Position numbers and translations under genes: made by a program. Positions 20,204 to 28,860 of a stretch of 64,000 nucleotides of DNA are shown piece after piece. Source of the DNA: a virus (Duplodnaviria; Caudoviricetes); IMG/VR virus record IMGVR_UViG_3300037692_000137, positions 160,001-224,000 of that record; one strand, written 5' to 3'. The notes under the pieces were generated by a model. It was not told the origin of the DNA. It did not search any database and saw only the letters and a list, made by a program, of their open reading frames with translations. Each line of letters starts with the position of its first letter. Within the stretch, counting starts at the first letter, position 1.

Positions 20204-20683
20204 TTATAAAATCTTTACTTCTGTTGCCTGAATACCCTTCTCTGTGTTCTTTAAAATAAAACTTACTGGTTGGCCTGCTTTAAGTGTTTTATAGCCATCC
20301 ATATCAATACTTGTAAAGTGGATAAAATACTCTGCATCGGGGTTACCATCAATTAGTACAAAACCATATCCCATATATATTCGAGTAAGATCGTTAAACT
20401 TACCCCGTCTATAATTTCTAGACAGCTGCATGTTTCCATACAGATTAGACTATATCACCAACCAATCTGGTTGCTACGCGCTTCCACTCACTTGAGTGTA
20501 CTTCCTTTCGGAATAGTCGTTGCAGGTTCCTCATTAATAGAGGCTTCCCTCAGGATTGTCCTCGACTTGACGTTAGGATATTCCCTGAATTCACGTAGTT
20601 TTTCAAATCACATTACTGTAAAAAGCCGCCTATGGACGGTCGTTAGAAAACCATTTTACAACACCATTAATTCTTTCTTCCAT
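20204..20683 (-). CDS. csp: Cold-shock protein, intron-split: join(20683..20636, 20371..20204), 71 aa
   Basis: Spliced product MEERINGVVKWFSNDR|GYGFVLIDGNPDAEYFIHFTSI... restores RNP1 (KWF..RGYGF) and RNP2 (YFIHF); AAGGAG RBS before 20683. The ORF-track 75-aa N-terminus is intron sequence. Confidence 0.95.
20372..20635 (-). ncRNA. Group I self-splicing intron (IA2-like, 264 nt, no ORF)
   Basis: P1 CCGUC/GGCGG with U-G at the 5' splice site; P3 CUACGUG/CGCGUAG; P4 UCAGGG/UCCUGA; P7 GACUA/UAGUC; P7.1 UUCC-GAAA-GGAA; P7.2 CACUC/GAGUG; P8 CAACC/GGUUG; P9 CUGUAUG-GAAA-CAUGCAG; terminal G. Confidence 0.95.
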
Positions 20684-20741
20684 AACTCAAACTCCTTTAG
20701 TTTTTTATTTATATTATGATGATTGTAAGTCACCACGTAGT

Positions 20742-21185
20742 TTAACTTAGAAACAATGCTTTCTCTGATTCTCTCCTATTTACTAAACCTTGAGATACTT
20801 TACCGTTAGCTTTTCGCCACTGCCAAAAATTATTAGCCACACCAGTATAGTCTCCAACATTAAGCCTTCTCAGTACGGTTGATTTAGCAAAGTTAGCTAA
20901 ACCTATGTTGTAAGCCAGGCTGGTTAAAGCGTTAAACTGATTCTGTGTAACTTTAATTTTTACCAGCTCATTTACACTTTCAGAAAAGTCTCCGGCAGTG
21001 AACGTGAGTAATTCAGTAGCGCGTTCTTTTGTTATAGGAGGGTCACTTAGGCGTACCTTTGTGCCGTCCTCATAATAAGTAGAACCAAAACCTATTGTAG
21101 GTATACCCGATGGGCATAAGTAAGGCTTAGAACTAAAACCCTCAAACCTCTTTATTAAGTCTACTCCAGCTATATCTATTTTCAT
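20742..21185 (-). CDS. Endolysin, GH24 lysozyme
   Basis: EGFSSKPYLCPSGIPTIGFG, QNQFNALTSLAYNIG and GLVNRRESE motifs. Confidence 0.92.
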   Translation of the reverse strand: MKIDIAGVDLIKRFEGFSSKPYLCPSGIPTIGFGSTYYEDGTKVRLSDPPITKERATELLTFTAGDFSESVNELVKIKVTQNQFNALTSLAYNIGLANFAKSTVLRRLNVGDYTGVANNFWQWRKANGKVSQGLVNRRESEKALFLS

Positions 21186-21231
21186 TAATGTAACCTCCCT
21201 TGTACTATTTATTATAGAGGGTAGTTAATTA

Positions 21232-22221
21232 TTATAGCTGTGCAGCCATTAAACACCCGGCAGCGACACAGGTCATAGGTGAGGTGGCTCTTCTAATTTC
21301 GCTAATAGCCATAGGAAGTACTATACCAGACAAACGGTCTTCAAACATTTTAGTAAAGCCGTCAGCCAACGTCAGTCCGCCAGAAACAATGATTGGTACA
21401 GGCTCTCTAAAGATAGGTAGTTTCTTTTCTTGCTTTTTTAACTCATATGAAATATTTTGAAGCACGTAATTAATTACTGAAGAATAGTAAACTGATATAG
21501 CCTCAGAAATTTTATCTTTGGGGTTGTACAAATCTATACCTGCTTCTTTTTCTAACTGAACTAATGATGGTGACATATCTAAAGCAGTGCCAACTGAATG
21601 GTCAATAAAATCTCCTGATCTTGTTACAGAAAATTCTACTAAGGGGTCACCTTGATGAATTACAGCTATGTTGCACATACCAGCGCCAAAAGACAGTGTA
21701 ATACCAGTTAAAGAGTCGTCTAACAACTCACTTAAAGCTATAGCAAAGGCTTCATTTATTGGCTGCCCTATAAAACCTTTTTCACGCATGAACATGTTTA
21801 GTATCTCTGTGTGGTAAACGATATCAAAATTACCGTCTACTGGTTTTGCTGGGACACTGTATACTAAAGGCTCGTCGCCGGAGCCTTTACCAATTAAGCT
21901 ACTTAGCAACAATTTAAGCATTGGAAGGCTGCTTTTTTCTTTAGGGGATATTACCCCCTTAGACATAGGGCGGCTAGATACATCATTACGTTCCATTGCT
22001 ATATGTAGAGCATCTTCTCCTACTACAATGAAGTCATTACCTTCTTCTATAAAGTTGGAGCCTCTTTTTTCTAGTGACTTTTTGATGGCTTGTTTATTAA
22101 CGTCACTCTTTGGAACTATTCTATAAAAAGCATCACGCTCCATCTTAAATACGGGATTACCCTCTTTATCTATAGAACCACACACCAACATATTAGTACC
22201 AACATCAACACCTTTTGACAT
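21232..22221 (-). CDS. Actin-like ATPase (volactin/MreB superfamily)
   Basis: GVDVGTN phosphate-1, SFGAGMCN phosphate-2, VSGG adenosine motif; RPMSKG, YSVPA and PINEA. Confidence 0.8.
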   Translation of the reverse strand: MSKGVDVGTNMLVCGSIDKEGNPVFKMERDAFYRIVPKSDVNKQAIKKSLEKRGSNFIEEGNDFIVVGEDALHIAMERNDVSSRPMSKGVISPKEKSSLPMLKLLLSSLIGKGSGDEPLVYSVPAKPVDGNFDIVYHTEILNMFMREKGFIGQPINEAFAIALSELLDDSLTGITLSFGAGMCNIAVIHQGDPLVEFSVTRSGDFIDHSVGTALDMSPSLVQLEKEAGIDLYNPKDKISEAISVYYSSVINYVLQNISYELKKQEKKLPIFREPVPIIVSGGLTLADGFTKMFEDRLSGIVLPMAISEIRRATSPMTCVAAGCLMAAQL

Positions 22222-22239
22222 AAATTAATCCTCCTAGTA

Positions 22240-23205
22240 TTATTCCGGTAGAGAACCTAGTAAGTCCTTAAGTTTAGCTACCTTACTAGACATTTTTTCT
22301 TGTTCTGCTATTTTAACATCTTTAAAATTTAAATGAGGAGCCATACTTTTTTTAGTATCGCTTGGATCTATAAATACCTGCTCCATTTTAGGGCGGGCAC
22401 TCTCAGGTATAGCTGTTTTTGTAGTTTGTGAGTCAGTAATTTGTATATTAACTGGTGTACTTTTTAGGGTACTTATTGTATCATCTTTAATTTTGATAAT
22501 TTCATCTTTGGATTCTAGTTTGGAGTTGGATACAGCTAAGTCAGTTTTTAATTGTGCTAATTCAACTTTTAAGACGTCTATATCAGCTACCAATTTACTA
22601 CTATCACCAGAATTACTGGCAGTATTGTTTTTTAAAGATGTTAGTTGGGACTTAGTTACTTCCAGGGTTGATCTAAGCTTATCAGCCTCAAGCGCCTTAG
22701 GTTCATACAAATTAACTTGTTTTTTAAGTTCTATTACTTTATCCTCTGCTAAGTGTAGTTCTCTAGTTAACTTAGCTACACTTTCTTGTAATAGAAACAA
22801 TTGGGCTTGATTCTCACTTTTAGCTTCCTCAACGGCTTTATTAACAATAAGGTTAATATCCGACTCTTTAATACCGGGTTTGATGCCAGTATCCAGCTGT
22901 CTTCGTAGTTTAAGTATTTCTTCTTGTTGTTCCTTAATACGAGCACTATATTTATTTTCCATCTCTGATGAAACCTGTAATATAACCTTGTTTAACTCAT
23001 CATCAAAGTCCTCTGCCGTGTATTTTGCAACCGGCGGTCCAGCTACGGATATTTGCTTTGTTAATAGGTTTATTTGTTCTTTAAGTTCATTTACAGCATA
23101 AGAGTTTTGTACTTCTTTTTGTTTACGCTGTAAATCACGTGGCCCAGAGCCACTTTTAAAGGCCCTGGACTTATCACGTGTATCTCTTTCTTTATTGTAT
23201 TCCAT
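22240..23205 (-). CDS. Long coiled-coil protein upstream of the actin-like gene
   Basis: Extended heptads; C-terminal VFIDP motif. Confidence 0.65.
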   Translation of the reverse strand: MEYNKERDTRDKSRAFKSGSGPRDLQRKQKEVQNSYAVNELKEQINLLTKQISVAGPPVAKYTAEDFDDELNKVILQVSSEMENKYSARIKEQQEEILKLRRQLDTGIKPGIKESDINLIVNKAVEEAKSENQAQLFLLQESVAKLTRELHLAEDKVIELKKQVNLYEPKALEADKLRSTLEVTKSQLTSLKNNTASNSGDSSKLVADIDVLKVELAQLKTDLAVSNSKLESKDEIIKIKDDTISTLKSTPVNIQITDSQTTKTAIPESARPKMEQVFIDPSDTKKSMAPHLNFKDVKIAEQEKMSSKVAKLKDLLGSLPE

Positions 23206-23210
23206 TATAG

Positions 23211-23798
23211 TTATTTTCTTTTGTACTCTACTTGATCAATTAAACCGTAGATTTTAGCTTCTTCTGAGGACATGAAGTAGTCACGATGCATATCTACTTT
23301 AACCTTTCCAACATCCTGTCCAGTCATTACAGAATATTGAGAAGCCATCTTATCGTACAACTTCTTGGTGTGTTCCATGGTTTGGAATATATCCCCAGCT
23401 TTGCCTTGAACACCGGTGGATAACTCATGTATCATAATCTCACAATTTGGTAAGGCATAACGCTTGCCCTTAGTACCGGCGGTTAAAATAAATGACCCCG
23501 CACTGGCTACCTGACCGTAGCCGATGGTTACTATATCAGGTTTAATGTAGTTCATGGTGTCGTAGATGGCATACATAGCTGTAATCTGCCCACCTGGGCT
23601 GTTGATATACATGTAAATGTCCGCCCCAGAATCGTCAGTTTCTAAAAATAGAAGTTGTGCTACAACCAAATCAGCCATGTCTTGGTTAAACTCACCAGAG
23701 ATAAAGATGATTCTATCTTTTAGCATTCTTGAGAATGGGTCGTAAGCTCTTTCGGATTCTTCTCGGCTTGATTTTTCAAAAATGTAGGGTGTTCTCAT
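23211..23798 (-). CDS. clpP: ClpP protease proteolytic subunit
   Basis: DPFSRMLKDRIIF, YINSPGG, catalytic Ser (VASAGS), His (IMIHE), RDYFMSSEEA. Confidence 0.93.
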   Translation of the reverse strand: MRTPYIFEKSSREESERAYDPFSRMLKDRIIFISGEFNQDMADLVVAQLLFLETDDSGADIYMYINSPGGQITAMYAIYDTMNYIKPDIVTIGYGQVASAGSFILTAGTKGKRYALPNCEIMIHELSTGVQGKAGDIFQTMEHTKKLYDKMASQYSVMTGQDVGKVKVDMHRDYFMSSEEAKIYGLIDQVEYKRK

Positions 23799-23855
23799 AG
23801 TTAGGTAATTCTCCTTAGTTCTAGTTAAAATCTTAAATAACCTTATGTTCTGTAT

Positions 23856-23884
23856 ACTTTAACAATAAAAAAGACGTTTGTCAA
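23856..23884 (-). promoter_or_regulatory. Sigma70-type promoter upstream of clpP
   Basis: TTGACA-17 nt-TAAAGT with extended -10 TG. Confidence 0.75.
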
Positions 23885-24182
23885 GTTTTTTATCATTATC
23901 AAAGCTGCGGGTAAAGCCCCCAGAATATTTTATATGTGAATGCTGCCTAGGTTGTTTGCTACAATGCCTCAGCAATGTGGTTTAAATTGACCACACGCTG
24001 ATTTTGTATAACTAACCGAACTACCACTCACCCTAAACATAAAACAAGCTCTACGGAGTTTGTATTGATTTATATCATTTGCAAATGGTGTATTAAAAAT
24101 CAGTTAGCTTGTTTTTCGGCTTTATATTTTTTGTAAAAAAAATTAAAAGCCTATATTTTTATTATTAAACTATATTTAAATA

Positions 24183-24264
24183 CTAGTATACCGTTATTCT
24201 AGTATACTTGTTATTCTGGGAGGGCGTTCATGCCTGGTGGCCAACAGGCGTTCATGCCTGGTGG
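24183..24264. repeat. Iteron-like direct repeats beside an AT-rich tract
   Basis: GGCGTTCATGCCTGGTGG at 24223 and 24247; CTAGTATAC..GTTATT at 24183 and 24199. Confidence 0.75.
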
Positions 24265-24280
24265 TACCCCTATTTAATCC

Positions 24281-24736
24281 CTACTTAATCTGCTGTTTTT
24301 CCGCACGTTCAGCTAAAGCTAACTTCATAAAGTGTGCTTCGAAAAACAAATTTTCTTTTACCTTACCCAGAGAATCAAACTCCCAAGTGCCCAGGATATA
24401 TATATTGTATGTCTTGTTATAACGTACTACTTTTTCTACCTTGATAAATCCCTGTTCTTTTAGCTTTTTTATTTGTCTGTGTATAGATGTGACATTACAA
24501 CCAGCTATCTCGGCCAGCGCTTCCTGCGACCAACTGGTCGCTAGAACATTCTTTTTATAGTGTGTGTGATATAAATCAAACTCACCTTTGTGCGCACTAA
24601 ATCCTCTAATAATATTGGCTTTAAGAAATCTAAGTAATGCACTTTCAGGTGTTATATTAAATCTGAAGAAGGATGTACTTTTTTCTATTAATAAATGGGT
24701 AGTAACGTGTAAATTGTATAAATGCTTTTGGCTCAT
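24281..24736 (-). CDS. Winged-HTH protein resembling replication-initiator N-termini
   Basis: WSQEALAEIAGCNVTSIHRQIKKLKEQGFIKVEK...NIY; start moved to the ATG with RBS. Confidence 0.7.
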   Translation of the reverse strand: MSQKHLYNLHVTTHLLIEKSTSFFRFNITPESALLRFLKANIIRGFSAHKGEFDLYHTHYKKNVLATSWSQEALAEIAGCNVTSIHRQIKKLKEQGFIKVEKVVRYNKTYNIYILGTWEFDSLGKVKENLFFEAHFMKLALAERAEKQQIK

Positions 24737-24752
24737 AGTAATACCTTTTCTT

Positions 24753-25064
24753 TTAAACAAACCACGGGTTAGTGTCATCTAACACGTGCTCATAATACTC
24801 AAATATACTCTCATCAGATACAAGGGCTATGGCGCTGTTATATAGATCCATAGCCTCATCATGTTTTCCTTCATCAAATAGTGCAACTATGGCTTGAACT
24901 TCTTCAAACTTTTCATGTAGTAAAGCTACGCCAGACATACGTAGTATATTACATTCAGAATTCTCCTGTTTACTGTAATTACATAAATCCCAGCCGTTCT
25001 GAGCAAGGTAGTCTATCAACTTAGTTAAGTATACTTTTTTGTCTTTTAATTTCATTTTGACCAT
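24753..25064 (-). CDS. Hypothetical protein
   Basis: GAGG RBS. Confidence 0.55.
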   Translation of the reverse strand: MVKMKLKDKKVYLTKLIDYLAQNGWDLCNYSKQENSECNILRMSGVALLHEKFEEVQAIVALFDEGKHDEAMDLYNSAIALVSDESIFEYYEHVLDDTNPWFV

Positions 25065-25131
25065 TTATATTTACCTCTTAAAATAAAGTATTAGTAGTTA
25101 AGTACAATACTACTACTAATACATATATTTG

Positions 25132-25383
25132 TCAATAAATATATTGACGAGGTATAAGTTCTGGTAGTTTTTTAGTAAACTTATTACACTCTAAAACATC
25201 ATAACCTAAGTCCATACCTAAGATTAAACATGTCACGTGAGCAACAGGCTCTCCGCCATTTTCATCAAAGTCATCAGGGTCTAACCCTAACATCTCCGCT
25301 GATTCAGGGGAATTGGGCATTATAACACGTTCCATGTAGTGGTAGCAATTAGGGCACAGAAATGTTACGTCTTCCGTTTCCAT
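25132..25383 (-). CDS. Cys-containing hypothetical protein
   Basis: AAGGAG RBS; CPNC motif. Confidence 0.6.
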   Translation of the reverse strand: METEDVTFLCPNCYHYMERVIMPNSPESAEMLGLDPDDFDENGGEPVAHVTCLILGMDLGYDVLECNKFTKKLPELIPRQYIY

Positions 25384-25404
25384 AGCACACTCCTTAATAT
25401 TTAA

Positions 25405-25617
25405 CTACATATGTCGCTGTTTGTAGGCTCTATCTATTACTTCCTCTTTTTTACCCTCTACTATTTTACCTAAAGACTTTAATCTTTTAATTTTACAATT
25501 TATACTATCTGCCTGTCTACCAGGGATTAATTCCTCTAGTTCTTTTATAGTCATACTATCATAGTTTTCTATCAATAAACGCTCTTCTGTGTATGACCAC
25601 CCACGTCTTCTTGCCAT
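25405..25617 (-). CDS. Myb/SANT-like HTH protein
   Basis: WSYTEERLLIENY...ELEELIPGRQADSI; start re-called at MARRRGW. Confidence 0.65.
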   Translation of the reverse strand: MARRRGWSYTEERLLIENYDSMTIKELEELIPGRQADSINCKIKRLKSLGKIVEGKKEEVIDRAYKQRHM

Positions 25618-25618
25618 A

Positions 25619-25795
25619 TTAAAACCCCTTGTCCTCAAAAAATTCTTCCATAGTATTAACAACTTTGGTGTTATTAACTAGCTCTTTCATAATAGCCAGT
25701 ACTTCCTTGTTTTTACTTCTTTCTAAAGCAGTGTCAATACTCTCTAACAATTCGTGCTTCTTTTCCTCCCATAAATAATCTGTTAAACTTTTCAT
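25619..25795 (-). CDS. 58-aa hypothetical protein (below ORF-track cutoff)
   Basis: MKSLTDYLWEEKK...EDKGF; fills the gap in the operon. Confidence 0.55.
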   Translation of the reverse strand: MKSLTDYLWEEKKHELLESIDTALERSKNKEVLAIMKELVNNTKVVNTMEEFFEDKGF

Positions 25796-25808
25796 AGCCT
25801 CACCTTAT

Positions 25809-26249
25809 CTAAGTTTGTAGTTTTAAGACGCTCTCTATTTCTCTATCTTCCCAGCCTATGTACACTTCTTCTTGAGCATCCGTAAGAGCTAAAAAATAAA
25901 TATTATTTAGTACTGTTTGTACAACTTCATACATCAAAGTACTATTAACCATAGAATATCTATGTAGAAAACCTTCAGAGCTATTTAAAGAACTATCTAT
26001 GTTGGAGAACACCTCCCCTGTTAGAAACTCTTCACGTTCTATAATAAAGGTTAGATAATTATCATGATTAGGAGCCTCTACATATAGCTGAACACCTTTC
26101 AATTGTGGTATACCCTCAACAATAAATAAGCCCTTTGTTACAGGCATCCATAAACCGTTCTTCCGCAGGTAACTTATAGCTGAAGGACCCAAACCTTTAA
26201 ATAAGTTGTCATTATCTAATGTATGTATTACTTTTAATAAGTCAAGCAT
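25809..26249 (-). CDS. Hypothetical protein
   Basis: Operon context. Confidence 0.55.
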   Translation of the reverse strand: MLDLLKVIHTLDNDNLFKGLGPSAISYLRKNGLWMPVTKGLFIVEGIPQLKGVQLYVEAPNHDNYLTFIIEREEFLTGEVFSNIDSSLNSSEGFLHRYSMVNSTLMYEVVQTVLNNIYFLALTDAQEEVYIGWEDREIESVLKLQT

Positions 26250-26261
26250 AAAAAACCTTAT

Positions 26262-27542
26262 TTAACATAATCTTTTATCTTGTAGTAAGTCTGCAAGCTC
26301 TATTAAGCCTCCCCTATGTGAATTAGGTAACTCAACATAAGCTAAACTTTTGTGTGGTAGTATCCTAAGTAATTTTAATAAACCAGACTCTGACGGTCTT
26401 ACAACATTATAAGTTTGCGCTAAGTCACCAAGTAGTATTAGTTTACTACCTTTATTAGCTCTTGATAGTATCATGCTCATGGTATCAATATCAATTAGTT
26501 GACACTCATCACAAATCATTATGTCTGACTCTAATATACTCATGCCCTGAATAACATTTATTGGAACAACCTCAAATTTATCCTGAAAGTATCTGTCCTT
26601 AACAATGTCATATTTAATACTACCTTGGTCTTTACTGGAACCTTGACTTCTGGTGTTAGCGTATAGGTAGTACAACGCGCTTAGTATGCCAGCAAACCAT
26701 GCTTCCATTTTTGCTTGTTTGTCGCCGGGCAAGAAGCCTATGTCATATTTATGACTTATACCAATTGGGGGTCTTGTAATAAATACTTTGTTATCACTGT
26801 TGCACGATAAAGCGTAAGCTGTGCTTAGTAACGTTTTACCAGTCCCCCACTTACCTGTTATTAAAACACCATCTGCCTCAGTCATTGCATATATAGCACA
26901 TATCTGGTATATATCCAAAGCCTTAAGTTTATTACCTTCTACATTGACAGTTCTATACTCAGGAACATTATCTATGCGTGATACTGTAAGGTCAATAGGG
27001 TTGGTGGCATATACATAGGCGTTATTTAATATAATAAATTTCCAGCACTCTTTGTCTATGTCTAATTTTAGTAGTTTATTAAAATCATCTAAGCTGTAAT
27101 TTTGTAGATAATTAAACTCCTCTGGTAAATCTTTAATATCTAAATATATGTATGGTTTAAATATACCATTTGGAACAACGTCATAGAGTACTGTGGCTAC
27201 TCCCTTAGTGTTAGCTATTACTGACATAGATAAGTCTTTTGTAGCTAAGTCAGCTTTATTTTTTAAAGCGGCGTCAATTATTAAGGTATCGTTAGTCTTT
27301 AACTCATTATCGTCAGCCGACAAAATTAATCTGTCGGGGTAAGCGTCTCTAAAAGCAATTATCTCATAAATGGCTGTTCTGGCACTGTAAGATAAATCAG
27401 GATTGAATTTATGTTTATCCAATTCCTTTAACACTGTTAATGGGACTATTATTTTTTCATACTTAGTCAGGGATTTAAATAATATTTTAGGGTCGTCTAA
27501 TAATATGTTGGTGTCAATTAAAATGTTTTTATTTTTTAACAT
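26262..27542 (-). CDS. phoH: PIN-PhoH family protein (PhoH2/YlaK-like)
   Basis: PIN ILIDTNILL...ELD...ND; P-loop GKWGTGKT; IGFLPG, CDECQ and GDLAQ motifs. Confidence 0.85.
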   Translation of the reverse strand: MLKNKNILIDTNILLDDPKILFKSLTKYEKIIVPLTVLKELDKHKFNPDLSYSARTAIYEIIAFRDAYPDRLILSADDNELKTNDTLIIDAALKNKADLATKDLSMSVIANTKGVATVLYDVVPNGIFKPYIYLDIKDLPEEFNYLQNYSLDDFNKLLKLDIDKECWKFIILNNAYVYATNPIDLTVSRIDNVPEYRTVNVEGNKLKALDIYQICAIYAMTEADGVLITGKWGTGKTLLSTAYALSCNSDNKVFITRPPIGISHKYDIGFLPGDKQAKMEAWFAGILSALYYLYANTRSQGSSKDQGSIKYDIVKDRYFQDKFEVVPINVIQGMSILESDIMICDECQLIDIDTMSMILSRANKGSKLILLGDLAQTYNVVRPSESGLLKLLRILPHKSLAYVELPNSHRGGLIELADLLQDKRLC

Positions 27543-27559
27543 ATATTGTGTATATCTCC

Positions 27560-28123
27560 TTATATATTTTTAGTTAATTCTACATAAAATACAGAAAACG
27601 TAAGTAGTTCCACTACTTTAGTGTTTATGTCATCTAGCTCCCTGTTGATGTTATTAATAATATATGACGTATCTTTTAAATGCCATTTAACAAAGTCATA
27701 TGGTGTAAGTGGGTTAATTAAACTAAGAGTTTCGTGCAGTCTATTTACCATTTTTATAGTAAACGCTTCTTGACTAATAGTGTTTAAATATTTGACTAAC
27801 TGTGTTTTTTTATTTACAATATTGTCGTCTTTAAGAAGGAGGGTTAATTCCAGAACAAGATTGGTTATCTTATTACCAAATAAATTCTGTATATCTTGTA
27901 CTTCTACCCCATCGTAGGTCAGTATATTTTGTAATATAGCGGCAGCTACTATATACTCATCTTCTACAAATCTAGCTAATAAACAAGCCACATATTCTGG
28001 ATGCACTAATTTAGAGTTGGATGTAGTTGTTCTTTCCTGACTTACTTTTGAAAAAAGTAAATAAGCATCTCTAATTGTAGAGGATACTTCTAAATCATTT
28101 AGTTCATTCATAATTATCACCAT
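27560..28123 (-). CDS. RelA/SpoT-type HD-domain protein with degenerate active site
   Basis: HP..VACLL....E.IVAAAILQN (HD replaced by QN); KMVNRLHE in place of KLADRLHN. Confidence 0.65.
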   Translation of the reverse strand: MVIIMNELNDLEVSSTIRDAYLLFSKVSQERTTTSNSKLVHPEYVACLLARFVEDEYIVAAAILQNILTYDGVEVQDIQNLFGNKITNLVLELTLLLKDDNIVNKKTQLVKYLNTISQEAFTIKMVNRLHETLSLINPLTPYDFVKWHLKDTSYIINNINRELDDINTKVVELLTFSVFYVELTKNI

Positions 28124-28185
28124 TAAATAATGAAGTTCTTTAATACCTTGTATATCTATACAATGGTTAGATTAATATAAACAAA

Positions 28186-28590
28186 CTATTTACTTGTGTA
28201 GGCAAAATTGTTGACTATATTAGGTAGAGTTATACTTTTAACTGCTGATGGCATCTCATAGGTGGGCTCCGCAGCCCCCTCGGCATTTAATTCAATAGCC
28301 GATATGACAAAGTAAGTAATTGTTTTTAATTCAACGTTAGGACAAATTATTGTAGTTGCATTTTTATCTACTACATTACAAGCTAGCCTTTTGTCTAACA
28401 TGTCTGGATAATAGGAACAGTATAAGTTATATCCTAGCGTACTTTCGGTATTATTATTATATGACCACGTAGCAGTTACTCCTTTTTTAATAGCGCCAGT
28501 TGGCGTAGAGTAACACATAGCAAGTGTAAATAAAAGCATGGACATTAAAATTTTCATACTATTAGCAGTCCACGTATAAGACTTTTTCAT
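28186..28590 (-). CDS. Exported FN3/Ig-like protein
   Basis: Signal-like N-terminus; VTATWSY..GYNLY...YFVISA pattern. Confidence 0.55.
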   Translation of the reverse strand: MKKSYTWTANSMKILMSMLLFTLAMCYSTPTGAIKKGVTATWSYNNNTESTLGYNLYCSYYPDMLDKRLACNVVDKNATTIICPNVELKTITYFVISAIELNAEGAAEPTYEMPSAVKSITLPNIVNNFAYTSK

Positions 28591-28849
28591 AACCTTGTTT
28601 ACCTATACTATATAAAACATGCGCATCTATGGGTAGTAACATTCTTATATACTTTACGTGGTTATCAATGTTAACAGTCCATTCACTAACTGTGGCTTTA
28701 ACTATATCTATGTTATTGTGTTCTAATAAGGTACACAGCATAGGTCCAGCTTCTTTTCTACATGCGCATGAGTCAAACACCAGGTAAAATATACTCTGTT
28801 TATCGAAAGCTATGTCTAGTATAATCGGGTATAAAGCTGATTGAGTCAT
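28562..28849 (-). CDS. Hypothetical protein
   Basis: Operon context. Confidence 0.45.
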   Translation of the reverse strand: MTQSALYPIILDIAFDKQSIFYLVFDSCACRKEAGPMLCTLLEHNNIDIVKATVSEWTVNIDNHVKYIRMLLPIDAHVLYSIGKQGYEKVLYVDC

Positions 28850-28860
28850 TGTTATTGCCT

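Noticed and set aside
20204-20431. ORF-track 75-aa Csp starting MQLSRNYRR
   Set aside because: The first 20 residues are intron P9 sequence with no RBS; the true start is 20683
20471-20719. Plus-strand 82-aa ORF; region also briefly considered as tmRNA or tRNA
   Set aside because: It is antisense to the intron and exon 1; no acceptor stem or T-loop; group I pairings explain it
23890-24075. ncRNA from several small hairpins upstream of clpP
   Set aside because: Only short isolated stems; no recognisable family
24190-24283. TAG recoding (genetic code 15) suggested by TAG stops at 24281 and 48818
   Set aside because: Read-through here ends after 28 codons; capsid, portal and terminase genes are uninterrupted; TAG ends normal genes
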